Assembly (NCBI GenBank): GCA_018268335.1
Contig: JAFDWT010000096.1
Coordinates: 1 to 22,043, forward strand
Reading direction: 5' to 3'
Origin: Armatimonadota bacterium
GTDB lineage: Bacteria > Armatimonadota > Fimbriimonadia > Fimbriimonadales > Fimbriimonadaceae
DNA length: 22,043 bases
The notes beneath the pieces were generated by a model, which saw only the letters and a program-made list of their open reading frames with translations, was not told where the DNA came from and did not search any database. Made by a program: the position numbers and the translations under genes. Of this stretch, positions 8,429-16,090 are shown piece after piece. Each line of letters opens with the position of its first letter. Positions within the stretch are counted from its first letter, which is position 1.

Positions 8429-9555
8429 TTCTTTTTCTTGAACAGGCCTCCGAGGAAGCCCTCCTTATTGTGCCCCTTCGGCACTGGCTCGCCACTGACT
8501 TCGGCGAACTCTTTCAGCAATGCTTGCTGGGCGTCGTTCAGCTTTGTCGGCACCACGATGTTCGCCTCGACCAGAAGGTCGCCCCGTGTCGAGCCTTGGA
8601 GCCTGGGCAGGCCCTCGCCCCGCACACGGAGCACATCGCCCGGCTGGGTGCCGGCAGGGACTCCGACTTCGATGAGACCGTCCAACCCTTCGATTTCCAA
8701 ACTGTCTCCCATCGCCGCTTGGGCAAATGTCAGATCGACGGCGGTGCGCAAGGTCTGCCCTTCGCGGTCGAACCGTTGGTCGTCGGCGACGTGCACGACG
8801 ACGTAAAGGTCACCAGTCGGGCCGCCACCGAGGCCGTCATTACCTTGGCCACCTGCCCGCAAGGTCATGCCCGACTCCACACCAGGCGGAATCGTGATGG
8901 ACACTTCGGCGTCCGAAACTTCGGTCTTGCGGCCATGGCATGTGCGGCAGGCGTCGGTGATCTGTTGGCCGCTGCCTTGGCAGGTCGGACAGGTGGTCTG
9001 CGTCCTCATGCTGCCCAGCAGGGTCTGGGCGACGCGGACAACGACACCCTGGCCCTTGCAGGTCGGACAGGTGGACGGCACGGCGCCGTCGGCAGTCCCG
9101 TTGCCCGAGCATGTCCGACAGACGCGCTCACGCTTATAGCGTAGAGTGCGTTCGACTCCGGACAGGACCTCTTGCAGGGTGACGACGGTCTCCGCGCGCA
9201 GGTCGTCACCTTCGCGGTAGCCGGGCCTGCGGTTGCGCTGGGCTCCGCCACCGGCGGCGCCGAAGAAGGCCTCGAAAATGTCGCCAAAGCCCCCGCCTCC
9301 CATGAAGTCACCGGCACCGCCGGCGCCGGGTTGGTCGTCGGTCACGCCGTAGCGGTCGAAACGGGCTTTTTTGTCAGAATCGGACAGGATGCTATACGCT
9401 TCGCTGACCTCTTTGAACTTCTCTTCCGCGCCCGGGTCGTCTGGGTTGACGTCCGGGTGGTACTGGCGGGCTAGCTTGCGATAGGCCGACTTGATCTGGT
9501 CGGGCGTTGCGTCACGTGGCACGCCCAGCACGGCGTACGGGTCGGTGACAGCCAT
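8425..9555 (-). CDS. dnaJ: Molecular chaperone DnaJ
   Basis: 376 aa. J-domain with HPD motif (YHPDVNPDD). Gly-rich linker. Four Cys-rich zinc-finger repeats (CRTCSGNG, CPTCKGQG, CPTCQGSG, CRTCHG). C-terminal substrate-binding domain. Confidence 0.93.
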   Translation of the reverse strand: MAVTDPYAVLGVPRDATPDQIKSAYRKLARQYHPDVNPDDPGAEEKFKEVSEAYSILSDSDKKARFDRYGVTDDQPGAGGAGDFMGGGGFGDIFEAFFGAAGGGAQRNRRPGYREGDDLRAETVVTLQEVLSGVERTLRYKRERVCRTCSGNGTADGAVPSTCPTCKGQGVVVRVAQTLLGSMRTQTTCPTCQGSGQQITDACRTCHGRKTEVSDAEVSITIPPGVESGMTLRAGGQGNDGLGGGPTGDLYVVVHVADDQRFDREGQTLRTAVDLTFAQAAMGDSLEIEGLDGLIEVGVPAGTQPGDVLRVRGEGLPRLQGSTRGDLLVEANIVVPTKLNDAQQALLKEFAEVSGEPVPKGHNKEGFLGGLFKKKK

Positions 9556-9561
9556 GCCGCG

Positions 9562-10095
9562 TCAGTCTTCTTTTTCCTCGTCGTCCTGGGCTTCTTCTTG
9601 CTCGGCAAGGTCGTCCAGGCTCAGGTCAGCGTCCTCGTCGCTGGCAGCGGCTTCTTCGGCGTCGTCTTCCAGCAGGTCGCCCAGGCTTTCGGCGACGGCC
9701 TCTTCGTGGTCGTCTTCGGCGTGCTCGGCGTCTTCATCGTGCTCGTCGTCGTCGTCACCGTGGAAACCGGCGGCCTTCAGCAGATCCTCGTCCTCGTCAA
9801 TGGCGGGGAGCAGGAGGCCGATTTCGCCCAGGTCCAGCTTGTCGAGGGCGACCAGTTCGTCTTCCATCTCGACGGTGGCGTGGGCGTCGGAACCGAGGAT
9901 CGGCTTGATCTTGCCGGCAGCAATCTCGGCCAGCGCGATGCTCAGCGGGTGGTTGCTGTCGATGCGGACAAGTGGGGGCGCGCCTTCTTTGATCTGCTTG
10001 GCGCGTTTGGCGGCCAAGTTGGCCAAAACAAATTTGCCGTACTCTTGGTCGTTCAAGATGTCAGGAGACGGGAATATTTTTTCTTGGGCGGCCAT
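9562..10095 (-). CDS. rpoZ: DNA-directed RNA polymerase subunit omega (RpoZ) with a ~100-aa polyacidic C-terminal extension
   Basis: 177 aa. N-terminal ~75 aa match the omega core (KFVLANLAAKRAKQIKEGAPPLV…IALAEIAAGKI). The C-terminal half is D/E-rich (…DEDEDLL…DDDDEHDEDAEHAEDDHEE…DDEEKED). Confidence 0.75.
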   Translation of the reverse strand: MAAQEKIFPSPDILNDQEYGKFVLANLAAKRAKQIKEGAPPLVRIDSNHPLSIALAEIAAGKIKPILGSDAHATVEMEDELVALDKLDLGEIGLLLPAIDEDEDLLKAAGFHGDDDDEHDEDAEHAEDDHEEAVAESLGDLLEDDAEEAAASDEDADLSLDDLAEQEEAQDDEEKED

Positions 10096-10213
10096 GGGCA
10101 GTCCCTTACGATACCTTCCTGGCTCGCTTGAGGTATAGGGCGGACCAGCATGGTCCCAAAGCGGCCCGGCCCTGAAGGACCGGAGCGCGGGGGTCTATGC
10201 TTGGACGACAGAC

Positions 10214-11368
10214 ATGGCGGACCGACCCGAAACGCTGATCCAGCACCTTGCTGAAGAGACCCACGACCGAGCCGCGGTTGTGCCGCCGATCTATCAGACC
10301 TCGCTTTTCGCTTATGAAGACGTGGCGTCGTTCCGTCGGTCGTTCCGAACCGACGAGCCGGACGTCCATAACTACAGCCGCGTCAGCAACCCGACGCTCG
10401 ACGTGGCCGAGAAGAAGGTGGCCGCCCTGGAGGGGACGGACCGGTGCAAGCTGTTTTCCAGCGGAATGGCGGCCATTTCGGCGGCGATCCTTTCGTGCGT
10501 CAAGACGGGTTCGCATGTCGTCTGCGTGGACACCGTCTATGGCCCGACGCGGCAGTTCCTGACTGACTACTTGCCTAAGTTCGGTGTCACCACCACCTTT
10601 GTCGACGGGCGCGACCCGGCCGACTTTGTTGCGGCGACGACGGATGCGACCAGCCTTTACTACCTGGAGTCTCCGAGTAGCATCCTTTTCCGCCTGCAAG
10701 ATTTGGAGGCTGTTGCTGGCATTGCCAAGTCGCGGGGCATCTCGACGATTTGCGATAACAGTTGGGCGTCTCCGGTCTACCAACAGCCGGCGAAGTTCGG
10801 GATCGACATCGTCGTCCACAGCGCAACCAAGTACTTGGCGGGCCACAGCGACGTTGTCGCCGGTGCTCTTTGCACCGACGCCAAACGGTTTGACAAGATC
10901 CTAGAAAACGAAGTCAGCCTTCTTGGCGCGGCCCTTCCCCCCTTCCCAGCCTGGCTGCTGATGCGCGGGCTGCGGACTCTGCCGATCCGGTTGAAGGCGG
11001 TCGGCGAGGCGGCGACCCGAGTTTCGGCCTGCCTGCGATCAGCACCGGAGGTAGCCGAAGTCTTCTACGTCGGCGACAGCGAATATCCGCAGGCGGCGCT
11101 ACGGGACAAGCAACTTTTGGGCTCGACTGGGCTGGTCACGTTCTTGCCGGTGACTCAGGAGGAGGCGAAGGTGATCGCCTTCGCTGAAGCCTTGCGGCTT
11201 TTCCAGTTGGGCGTCAGTTGGGGTGGGCACGAAAGCTTGGTCGTTCCGTTGCAGCAACAGCCCGGCGACTGGCCAAAGCGGCAGTGGCTGGTGCGTCTGT
11301 ATTGCGGTCTGGAGCACCCTGACGACTTGGTCGAGGACATCCAACAGGCCCTGCACCACTTGGCGTAA
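10214..11368 (+). CDS. PLP-dependent transsulfuration enzyme (cystathionine gamma-synthase / beta-lyase / methionine gamma-lyase family)
   Basis: 384 aa. Cys/Met-metabolism PLP fold. PLP-lysine motif in HSATKYLAGHSDV. N-terminal …YSRVSNPT…LE… conserved region. Confidence 0.85.
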   Translation: MADRPETLIQHLAEETHDRAAVVPPIYQTSLFAYEDVASFRRSFRTDEPDVHNYSRVSNPTLDVAEKKVAALEGTDRCKLFSSGMAAISAAILSCVKTGSHVVCVDTVYGPTRQFLTDYLPKFGVTTTFVDGRDPADFVAATTDATSLYYLESPSSILFRLQDLEAVAGIAKSRGISTICDNSWASPVYQQPAKFGIDIVVHSATKYLAGHSDVVAGALCTDAKRFDKILENEVSLLGAALPPFPAWLLMRGLRTLPIRLKAVGEAATRVSACLRSAPEVAEVFYVGDSEYPQAALRDKQLLGSTGLVTFLPVTQEEAKVIAFAEALRLFQLGVSWGGHESLVVPLQQQPGDWPKRQWLVRLYCGLEHPDDLVEDIQQALHHLA

Positions 11369-11401
11369 ACGCCAGTTGTGGGCCCAACTTGGGACCCTGA
11401 T

Positions 11402-11430
11402 TTGAACTTACAGACCAGTTTTTGAAGATT
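11402..11430 (+). promoter_or_regulatory. Candidate sigma70-type promoter for the DM13 gene(s): TTGAAC-N17-AAGATT
   Basis: -35-like ttgaac, a 17-nt spacer, then a weak -10-like aagatt ending ~20 nt before ATG 11451. Pattern match only. Confidence 0.2.
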
Positions 11431-11450
11431 CGTGGACGGGTCTGTCGGGC

Positions 11451-12359
11451 ATGCCTCTTTTGGAGTGCATGACCGCACGGACCAAAACCATCGCTCTCAT
11501 CGCCGCAGTTCCCGCCCTGGCCCTTGGCTGGGCGGCCTTCCGCCCCGAACTCCTTTTCGTCAACCAGAAGGTCGACGAAAAGCCCGTAACCACCCAAAGT
11601 GCTAAGGCCATGACTGTGGCCAGCGGCTCCTTTGAATCCTATGCCCACGAGACGATGGGCAAGGCTGAGATTTCGGAAGTCGGTGGACAAAGCGTCCTAC
11701 GGCTGAGCGACTTCAAGACCAGCAACGGCCCAGACGTCCATGTCTACCTGGTCAAGGGCAACGACCCGCGAGCCGTCAAGGACGGTGGCTACATCGACCT
11801 TGGTTCGATCAAGGGCAACATCGGCGACCAGAACTACACGCTGCCGGCCGGCACCGACCTCTCGCAGTACCAAGCGGTGACGATCTGGTGCAAGCGGTTC
11901 TTCGTCGGCTTCGGCGGCGCGGCGCTGTCGATGCCGAAGACGGCTTCGTTGACGCGCAGCGGTGGTTGGGATCTGGCTTCCTATTCCATGCCGGAGGAGA
12001 TTCGCGTCACCAGTGGCAAATTTCGTGCCGACGCCAAGGGCGTCAGCGGCTCGGCGGAGCTAGTGGAGCAAAGCGGCAAGCGCTATGTGCGGCTGAAAGG
12101 AGTGAAGGCCGGCATGGCCGACGATGCCGAAGCCTATTGGGTCAAGGCGGAGAACTTCCCCGCTGCAAACGACATCACCAAGTTCACCAAGGAGCGGTTG
12201 GGCAAGGTCGACGGCAAGGCCAAGGTGCAGTCGTTCCCCGTCAGCAAGGAACTGGACGCCTGGCTTTACCGCACCGTCGTCCTCTACAGCCCCAAGCTCC
12301 ACAAGAACCTCGGCACCGCCGAACTCCGTGCCGACCAGGAGCGCAAAGGTAGTTTTTGA
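11451..12359 (+). CDS. Tandem DM13-domain protein (membrane-anchored/secreted)
   Basis: 302 aa. N-terminal hydrophobic anchor/signal (TKTIALIAAVPALALGWAAF). First DM13 domain has the characteristic pattern LRLSDFKTSNGPDVHVYLVK…LGSIKGNIGDQNYTLPAGTDLSQYQAVTIWCKRFFVGFGGAAL. A second, more degenerate DM13-like module (…YVRLKGVKAG…AYWVKAEN…LGKVDGKAKVQSFPV…YRTVVLYSPKL…) follows. Confidence 0.75.
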   Translation: MPLLECMTARTKTIALIAAVPALALGWAAFRPELLFVNQKVDEKPVTTQSAKAMTVASGSFESYAHETMGKAEISEVGGQSVLRLSDFKTSNGPDVHVYLVKGNDPRAVKDGGYIDLGSIKGNIGDQNYTLPAGTDLSQYQAVTIWCKRFFVGFGGAALSMPKTASLTRSGGWDLASYSMPEEIRVTSGKFRADAKGVSGSAELVEQSGKRYVRLKGVKAGMADDAEAYWVKAENFPAANDITKFTKERLGKVDGKAKVQSFPVSKELDAWLYRTVVLYSPKLHKNLGTAELRADQERKGSF

Positions 12360-12400
12360 TTCGCCATTCGAACCGTTACGATTCCAAACGAGATAACACT

Positions 12401-12844
12401 ATGCAACTGAACAACATCACCAAACTCGTCGCCTTTGCCGCTCTCGCGGCCCTGACCACCGCTGCCTTCGCCGATCACCGACCCGGACACCAGGGGTACT
12501 CCAAGCAGGAGAAGCACAGCATGATGATGATGGACTCTGGCGCCTTTAGGGGTGTCGAGGTGAACGGCGGGCACGTCAGTGTCAGCCACATGAAGGGCAA
12601 GACCATGCTGACGCTGAGCAGCGACTTCATGATCCCGAAGTCGCCGGCTCCGCAGTGGCAGGTCGTGGACAGCAAGGGCAACACTTACCTGCTGCAGCAG
12701 CTTCGCATCGCTGGAGACAAGACCAACCGGACGATTAGTCTTCCGAAGTACATCAAGAACGTCGCCAAGGTGCAGATCTGGTGCTCCTTCGCGGAAGTTG
12801 TGCTTGGTGAAGCTAGCTTCGCCAAACCCCAAATGGTAGGCTGA
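12401..12844 (+). CDS. Secreted single DM13-like domain protein
   Basis: ORF 12356..12844. Likely start at the internal ATG (~12401), giving MQLNNITKLVAFAALAALTTAAFA, a signal peptide. Domain signature …TMLTLSSDFMIPKSPAPQWQVVDSKGNTYLLQQLRIAGDKTNRTISLPKYIKNVAKVQIWCSFAEVVLGEASF is parallel to the DM13 motif (F.T..GPD…L..LK..GD..y.lP……V.IWC..F.V.FG.A). Confidence 0.7.
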   Translation: MQLNNITKLVAFAALAALTTAAFADHRPGHQGYSKQEKHSMMMMDSGAFRGVEVNGGHVSVSHMKGKTMLTLSSDFMIPKSPAPQWQVVDSKGNTYLLQQLRIAGDKTNRTISLPKYIKNVAKVQIWCSFAEVVLGEASFAKPQMVG

Positions 12845-12861
12845 CGCCTCGGAAAGACACT

Positions 12862-12890
12862 CGGCCCCGGCACTGCCGGGGCCATTTGAA
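12862..12890 (+). terminator. GC-rich hairpin plus short U-tract after the DM13-like gene (candidate intrinsic terminator/attenuator)
   Basis: ggccccggc-act-gccggggcc (9-bp perfect stem, 3-nt loop) followed by ATTTGAAA. It sits ~18 nt after stop codon 12842-12844 and directly before the sigma-factor start region. Confidence 0.4.
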
Positions 12891-12906
12891 ACTAAGAGAC
12901 CAACCC

Positions 12907-13461
12907 ATGTTGCCCAATGTCTTCCGTCGACAAACGCCCGTCCACAAGCCTCGGTTTGAGGATGTTGTCGAGACCGAGCTCCCAGTCCTCTACCGCACCG
13001 CCAAGCGCCTGACCATGAACGACAGTGAGGCTGAGGACTTGGTCGGACAGACTCTTTACTTGGCCGCGCGCGCCTGGCCTACCTTTGACGGCGCCTATCC
13101 GCGCAGTTGGATGATCAAGATCCTACGCAACGAACACTTAGGCCGCCGCAAGAAAGCCGACAACCGCCCAGAAGTCGCCCTGGACGACGTCGCTGAACCC
13201 TCGCACGACGGCTACTGGCAGGCGATCGACTGGGGCATCGTCGGCCAAGAGGTCGTCCGCGCCCTCGACTTTTTGCCCGAGGATTACCGCATGGCCGTCG
13301 CGCTGTGCGACGTCGAAGGGCTGACCCGACAGGAGGTGGCCGATGCCCTGGGAGTCCCCGAAGGCACGGTCAACTCGCGATTGCACCGCGGCCGCAACCT
13401 GCTCCGCGCCCGACTTGTCGCCCTGCTGGGCGACGCCGCTCCCCAAGGAGCCCACCCATGA
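12907..13461 (+). CDS. ECF (sigma-70 family, group 4) RNA polymerase sigma factor
   Basis: ORF 12886(TTG)..13461. Probable true start is ATG ~12907 (MLPNVF…). The region-2 and region-4 pattern includes …YRMAVALCDVEGLTRQEVADALGVPEGTVNSRLHRGRNLLRARL (sigma-70 region 4 HTH). Stop overlaps the start of the next gene (ATGA). Confidence 0.85.
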   Translation: MLPNVFRRQTPVHKPRFEDVVETELPVLYRTAKRLTMNDSEAEDLVGQTLYLAARAWPTFDGAYPRSWMIKILRNEHLGRRKKADNRPEVALDDVAEPSHDGYWQAIDWGIVGQEVVRALDFLPEDYRMAVALCDVEGLTRQEVADALGVPEGTVNSRLHRGRNLLRARLVALLGDAAPQGAHP

Positions 13462-13718
13462 GCCACCACGACATTGAAGGCCCCCCTTGCTCCCACATGG
13501 AGCACATGCTGCATGACGCCGCCGACGGCACTGGCCGCGGCCTGCGCCTCTGGTACGCGTTGCACCATGCCGCCCGTTGCGGCCGCTGTGGCCGGTTCCT
13601 GTCGCGCCTACGCGAGACCTTGTCGGCCATGCGCCAAGCGAAGCCTGAGCCGGAGGCCGACGCTATGGCGAGGCTGAAAGCTGGTCGATGGCGCGATGAG
13701 ATGTCGGCTGAGGAGTAA
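13458..13718 (+). CDS. Zinc-finger (ZAS-type, HxxxCxxC) anti-sigma factor, soluble
   Basis: 86 aa from ATG 13458, translationally coupled to the sigma gene. MSHHDIEGPPCSHMEHMLHDAADG…WYALHHAARCGRCGRF contains the H-x3-C-x2-C zinc-binding anti-sigma signature. No TM segment, i.e. an RsrA/ChrR-N-like cytoplasmic anti-sigma. Confidence 0.7.
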   Translation: MSHHDIEGPPCSHMEHMLHDAADGTGRGLRLWYALHHAARCGRCGRFLSRLRETLSAMRQAKPEPEADAMARLKAGRWRDEMSAEE

Positions 13719-14104
13719 GTGGCTTTCCGGAACCTCCCCCTAGCCCCTTCCTCCAGGGGCATGAGGGGGGACTCGGATAGTGTCTACTCTTTGGGGAGAG
13801 GGTGTGAGCGGCTTTCGCCATGGCTACCTCCGCTAAAAATCCGGCGAACAGGGTGCGGGCTCTTCGGCTCCGGAGAATCCCCTCTCCCTTCGAGCTTCCG
13901 CCTCCGCCGGAGCGAAGGCGGACTCCTCGAAGTCCTCTCCCCAGGGCGAGGTATCTGAATGCAGTTGCCTCTAGCCTCTGGACCCTAACCTCTAGCCCCG
14001 TGTCTCCCAGGCCCAGGACGCCCCAACCCCGTCCGATGCAGGCCTCGTAATCCGGTTATGGAGTTCAGCTGCAGACACTGCGGTCTCCTGAAAACAAAAA
14101 CCAG
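13719..14104 (+). other. 386-nt GC-rich non-coding spacer with nested inverted and direct repeats (possible structured leader or small RNA)
   Basis: No convincing ORF. Contains ggggagaggg (13791-13800) and cccctctccc (13878-13888) as an inverted pair. Also an imperfect long palindrome cttcgagcttccgcctccgcc/ggagcgaaggcggactcctcgaag (~13886-13935), and direct repeats cctctagcc(c) x2 (~13967 and ~13990). An A-rich tail aaaacaaaaaccag immediately precedes ATG 14105. Confidence 0.3.
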
Positions 14105-16069
14105 ATGCTTCTAGCACAAACAGCCGGTCTCACCGGCACCATCAACACCGGCCTCTTGATCGCCGGTGTCCTTCTCGTCTTTACTCTCGCCTTTTTCAAG
14201 CCCGTGATGCGGATATTGCTCGGGATGGTCATCGTTCCCGAGAACCGGATCGGCGTTGTCACCAAGAAGTGGGTGCTCGTCGGCTCGCACCGCTCGCTGC
14301 CGGACGGACGGATCCTGGCCACCAAAGGTGAGGCCGGTATCCAGGCCCGCGGTCTGGCTCCTGGTCTCTACTGGCTCATGTGGCCGTGGCAGTACTCGGT
14401 GGCCATGGCACCGTTCACCGTTGTTCCCGAGGGCAAGATCGGGCTCGTCCTGGCCAACGACGGGCACCCGCTCTCGACCGGTGACATCCTGGCCCGCAAG
14501 GTCGACTGCGACAACTTCCAGGACGCCGAGCAGTTCTTAGCCCGTGGCGGCCAGAAGGGTCGGCAGACGCACATCCTGACGCCGGGTACCTACCGCATCA
14601 ACCCGCTCGCTTTCACCGTCACGATGACCGACCTGACGATCATCCACGAGAACATGGTGGGCATCGTCACCGCGCTCGACGGCCGTCCGATCCGCCAAGG
14701 GCAGATCGCCGGCGACTACATCGAGGGCCACAACAACTTCCAGGACGTCGACACGTTCCTGTCGAGCGGCGGCAACCGAGGCCTGCAGCCGCAGGTGATG
14801 CTGGCTGGTTCCTACTTCATCAACCCGTGGGCGGTGCAGATCGAGGAGATCCCGATGACGGACGTTCCTATCGGCCACGTCGGCGTCGTCATCTCGTATG
14901 TCGGCGAGGACGGCAAGGACCTGACCGGCGACATGTTCAAGCACGGCAACATCGTCGAGAAGGGGTTCCGCGGTGTGTGGATCGAGCCGCTCGGACCGGG
15001 CAAGTACCCGGTCAACAAGTACACGATGAAGGTCGAACTGGTGCCAACGACCAACCTTGTCTTGAACTGGGCGAACGCCCGTAGCGAGGCGCACGCCCTG
15101 GACAAGAACCTCTCGACGATCACGGTGCGGTCGAAGGACGGCTTCCCGTTCAACTTGGATGTCGCCCAGATCATCCACGTTCCGGCTACCGAGGCGCCGA
15201 AGGTCATCGCGCGGTTCGGGTCGATGACCAACCTGGTCAGTCAGGTGCTGGAGCCGACGATCGGCAACTACTTCCGCAACAGCGCCCAGGACAGCGACGT
15301 CATCAGCTTCCTGAGCACCCGCAAAGAGCGGCAGGACTCGGCCAAGGACCACATCCGCGAGGTACTGGAGGAGTACAACGTGAACGCTGTCGACACCCTG
15401 ATCGGTGACATCGTGCCGCCCGAGGCGCTGATGAAGACGCTGACCGACCGCAAGATCGCGCAAGAAGAAGAGAAAACCTACGACACCCAGCGCATGGCGC
15501 AGGAGAAACGCCAGGGCATGGAGAAGGAGACCGCCATCGCCGATATGCAGCGCGAGATCGTCAAGGCGCAACAGAGCGTCGAGATCAGCCAGCGCACGGC
15601 CGACGCGACGGTCAAGAAGGCCGAGGGCGACGCCCAGAGCCTGAAGGTGCAGGTCCAAGCCGAGGCCGAGGCGACCAAGATGCGCGCTTCCGCCGAGGCC
15701 GAGGCGGTCAAGGCCAAAGGCGCGGCACAGGCCGAGTTCACTAAACTGAACGCCGTCGCCGACGCCGAGATGATCGCCAAGACCGGTGCCGCCGAGGCTG
15801 AGAAGATCCTCGCCATCGGAAAATCGCAGGCTGAAGCCTACGAACTGCAGGTGCACGCGATGGGTGAGGAGAACTTCACCCGGTTCAAGATCACGGAAGA
15901 GATCGCCAAGGGCAAGGTCAAGGTGATCCCCGACCTGATCGTCAACAGCGGTGAAGGCACCGACGGCAGCCTGAACGGGCTGATGGGACTGCAACTGCTG
16001 CAGATGGTGCAGGACAAAAACAAGAAGGAGCCCGTGGCTGCTGGGGCTCCGGCTCCCAAGAAGTCCTGA
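14105..16069 (+). CDS. Flotillin-like SPFH/band-7 protein with N-terminal TM helix, four tandem ~70-aa N-terminal repeats and a C-terminal Ala/Glu-rich coiled coil
   Basis: 654 aa. TM anchor GLLIAGVLLVFTLAFF. Repeats begin IVPENRIGVV…, VVPEGKIGLV…FQDAEQFLARGGQKGRQTHILTPGTYRINPLAF, IIHENMVGIV…FQDVDTFLSSGGNRGLQPQVMLAGSYFINPWAV, DVPIGHVGVV…GVWIEPLGPGKYPVNKY. SPFH core …NLDVAQIIHVPATEAPKVIARFG…DTLIGDIVPPEAL…. Flotillin-type EA-rich repeats AEAEATKMRASAEAEAVKAKGAAQAEF…. Confidence 0.85.
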   Translation: MLLAQTAGLTGTINTGLLIAGVLLVFTLAFFKPVMRILLGMVIVPENRIGVVTKKWVLVGSHRSLPDGRILATKGEAGIQARGLAPGLYWLMWPWQYSVAMAPFTVVPEGKIGLVLANDGHPLSTGDILARKVDCDNFQDAEQFLARGGQKGRQTHILTPGTYRINPLAFTVTMTDLTIIHENMVGIVTALDGRPIRQGQIAGDYIEGHNNFQDVDTFLSSGGNRGLQPQVMLAGSYFINPWAVQIEEIPMTDVPIGHVGVVISYVGEDGKDLTGDMFKHGNIVEKGFRGVWIEPLGPGKYPVNKYTMKVELVPTTNLVLNWANARSEAHALDKNLSTITVRSKDGFPFNLDVAQIIHVPATEAPKVIARFGSMTNLVSQVLEPTIGNYFRNSAQDSDVISFLSTRKERQDSAKDHIREVLEEYNVNAVDTLIGDIVPPEALMKTLTDRKIAQEEEKTYDTQRMAQEKRQGMEKETAIADMQREIVKAQQSVEISQRTADATVKKAEGDAQSLKVQVQAEAEATKMRASAEAEAVKAKGAAQAEFTKLNAVADAEMIAKTGAAEAEKILAIGKSQAEAYELQVHAMGEENFTRFKITEEIAKGKVKVIPDLIVNSGEGTDGSLNGLMGLQLLQMVQDKNKKEPVAAGAPAPKKS

Positions 16070-16090
16070 CGTCGCCCTTGGCTGTGATGT

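Noticed and set aside
8470-9144. 224-aa plus-strand ORF antisense to dnaJ
   Set aside because: It overlaps dnaJ. Low-complexity product.
9491-10138. 215-aa and 177-aa plus-strand ORFs (9491..10138, 9598..10131) with poly-Ser/Val-rich products
   Set aside because: They are mirror images of the polyacidic rpoZ tail (GAx/GAG codons read antisense give Ser/Leu). No independent support.
10106-10846. 246-aa minus-strand ORF antisense to the PLP-enzyme gene
   Set aside because: Arg-rich junk translation overlapping a well-supported PLP-enzyme gene.
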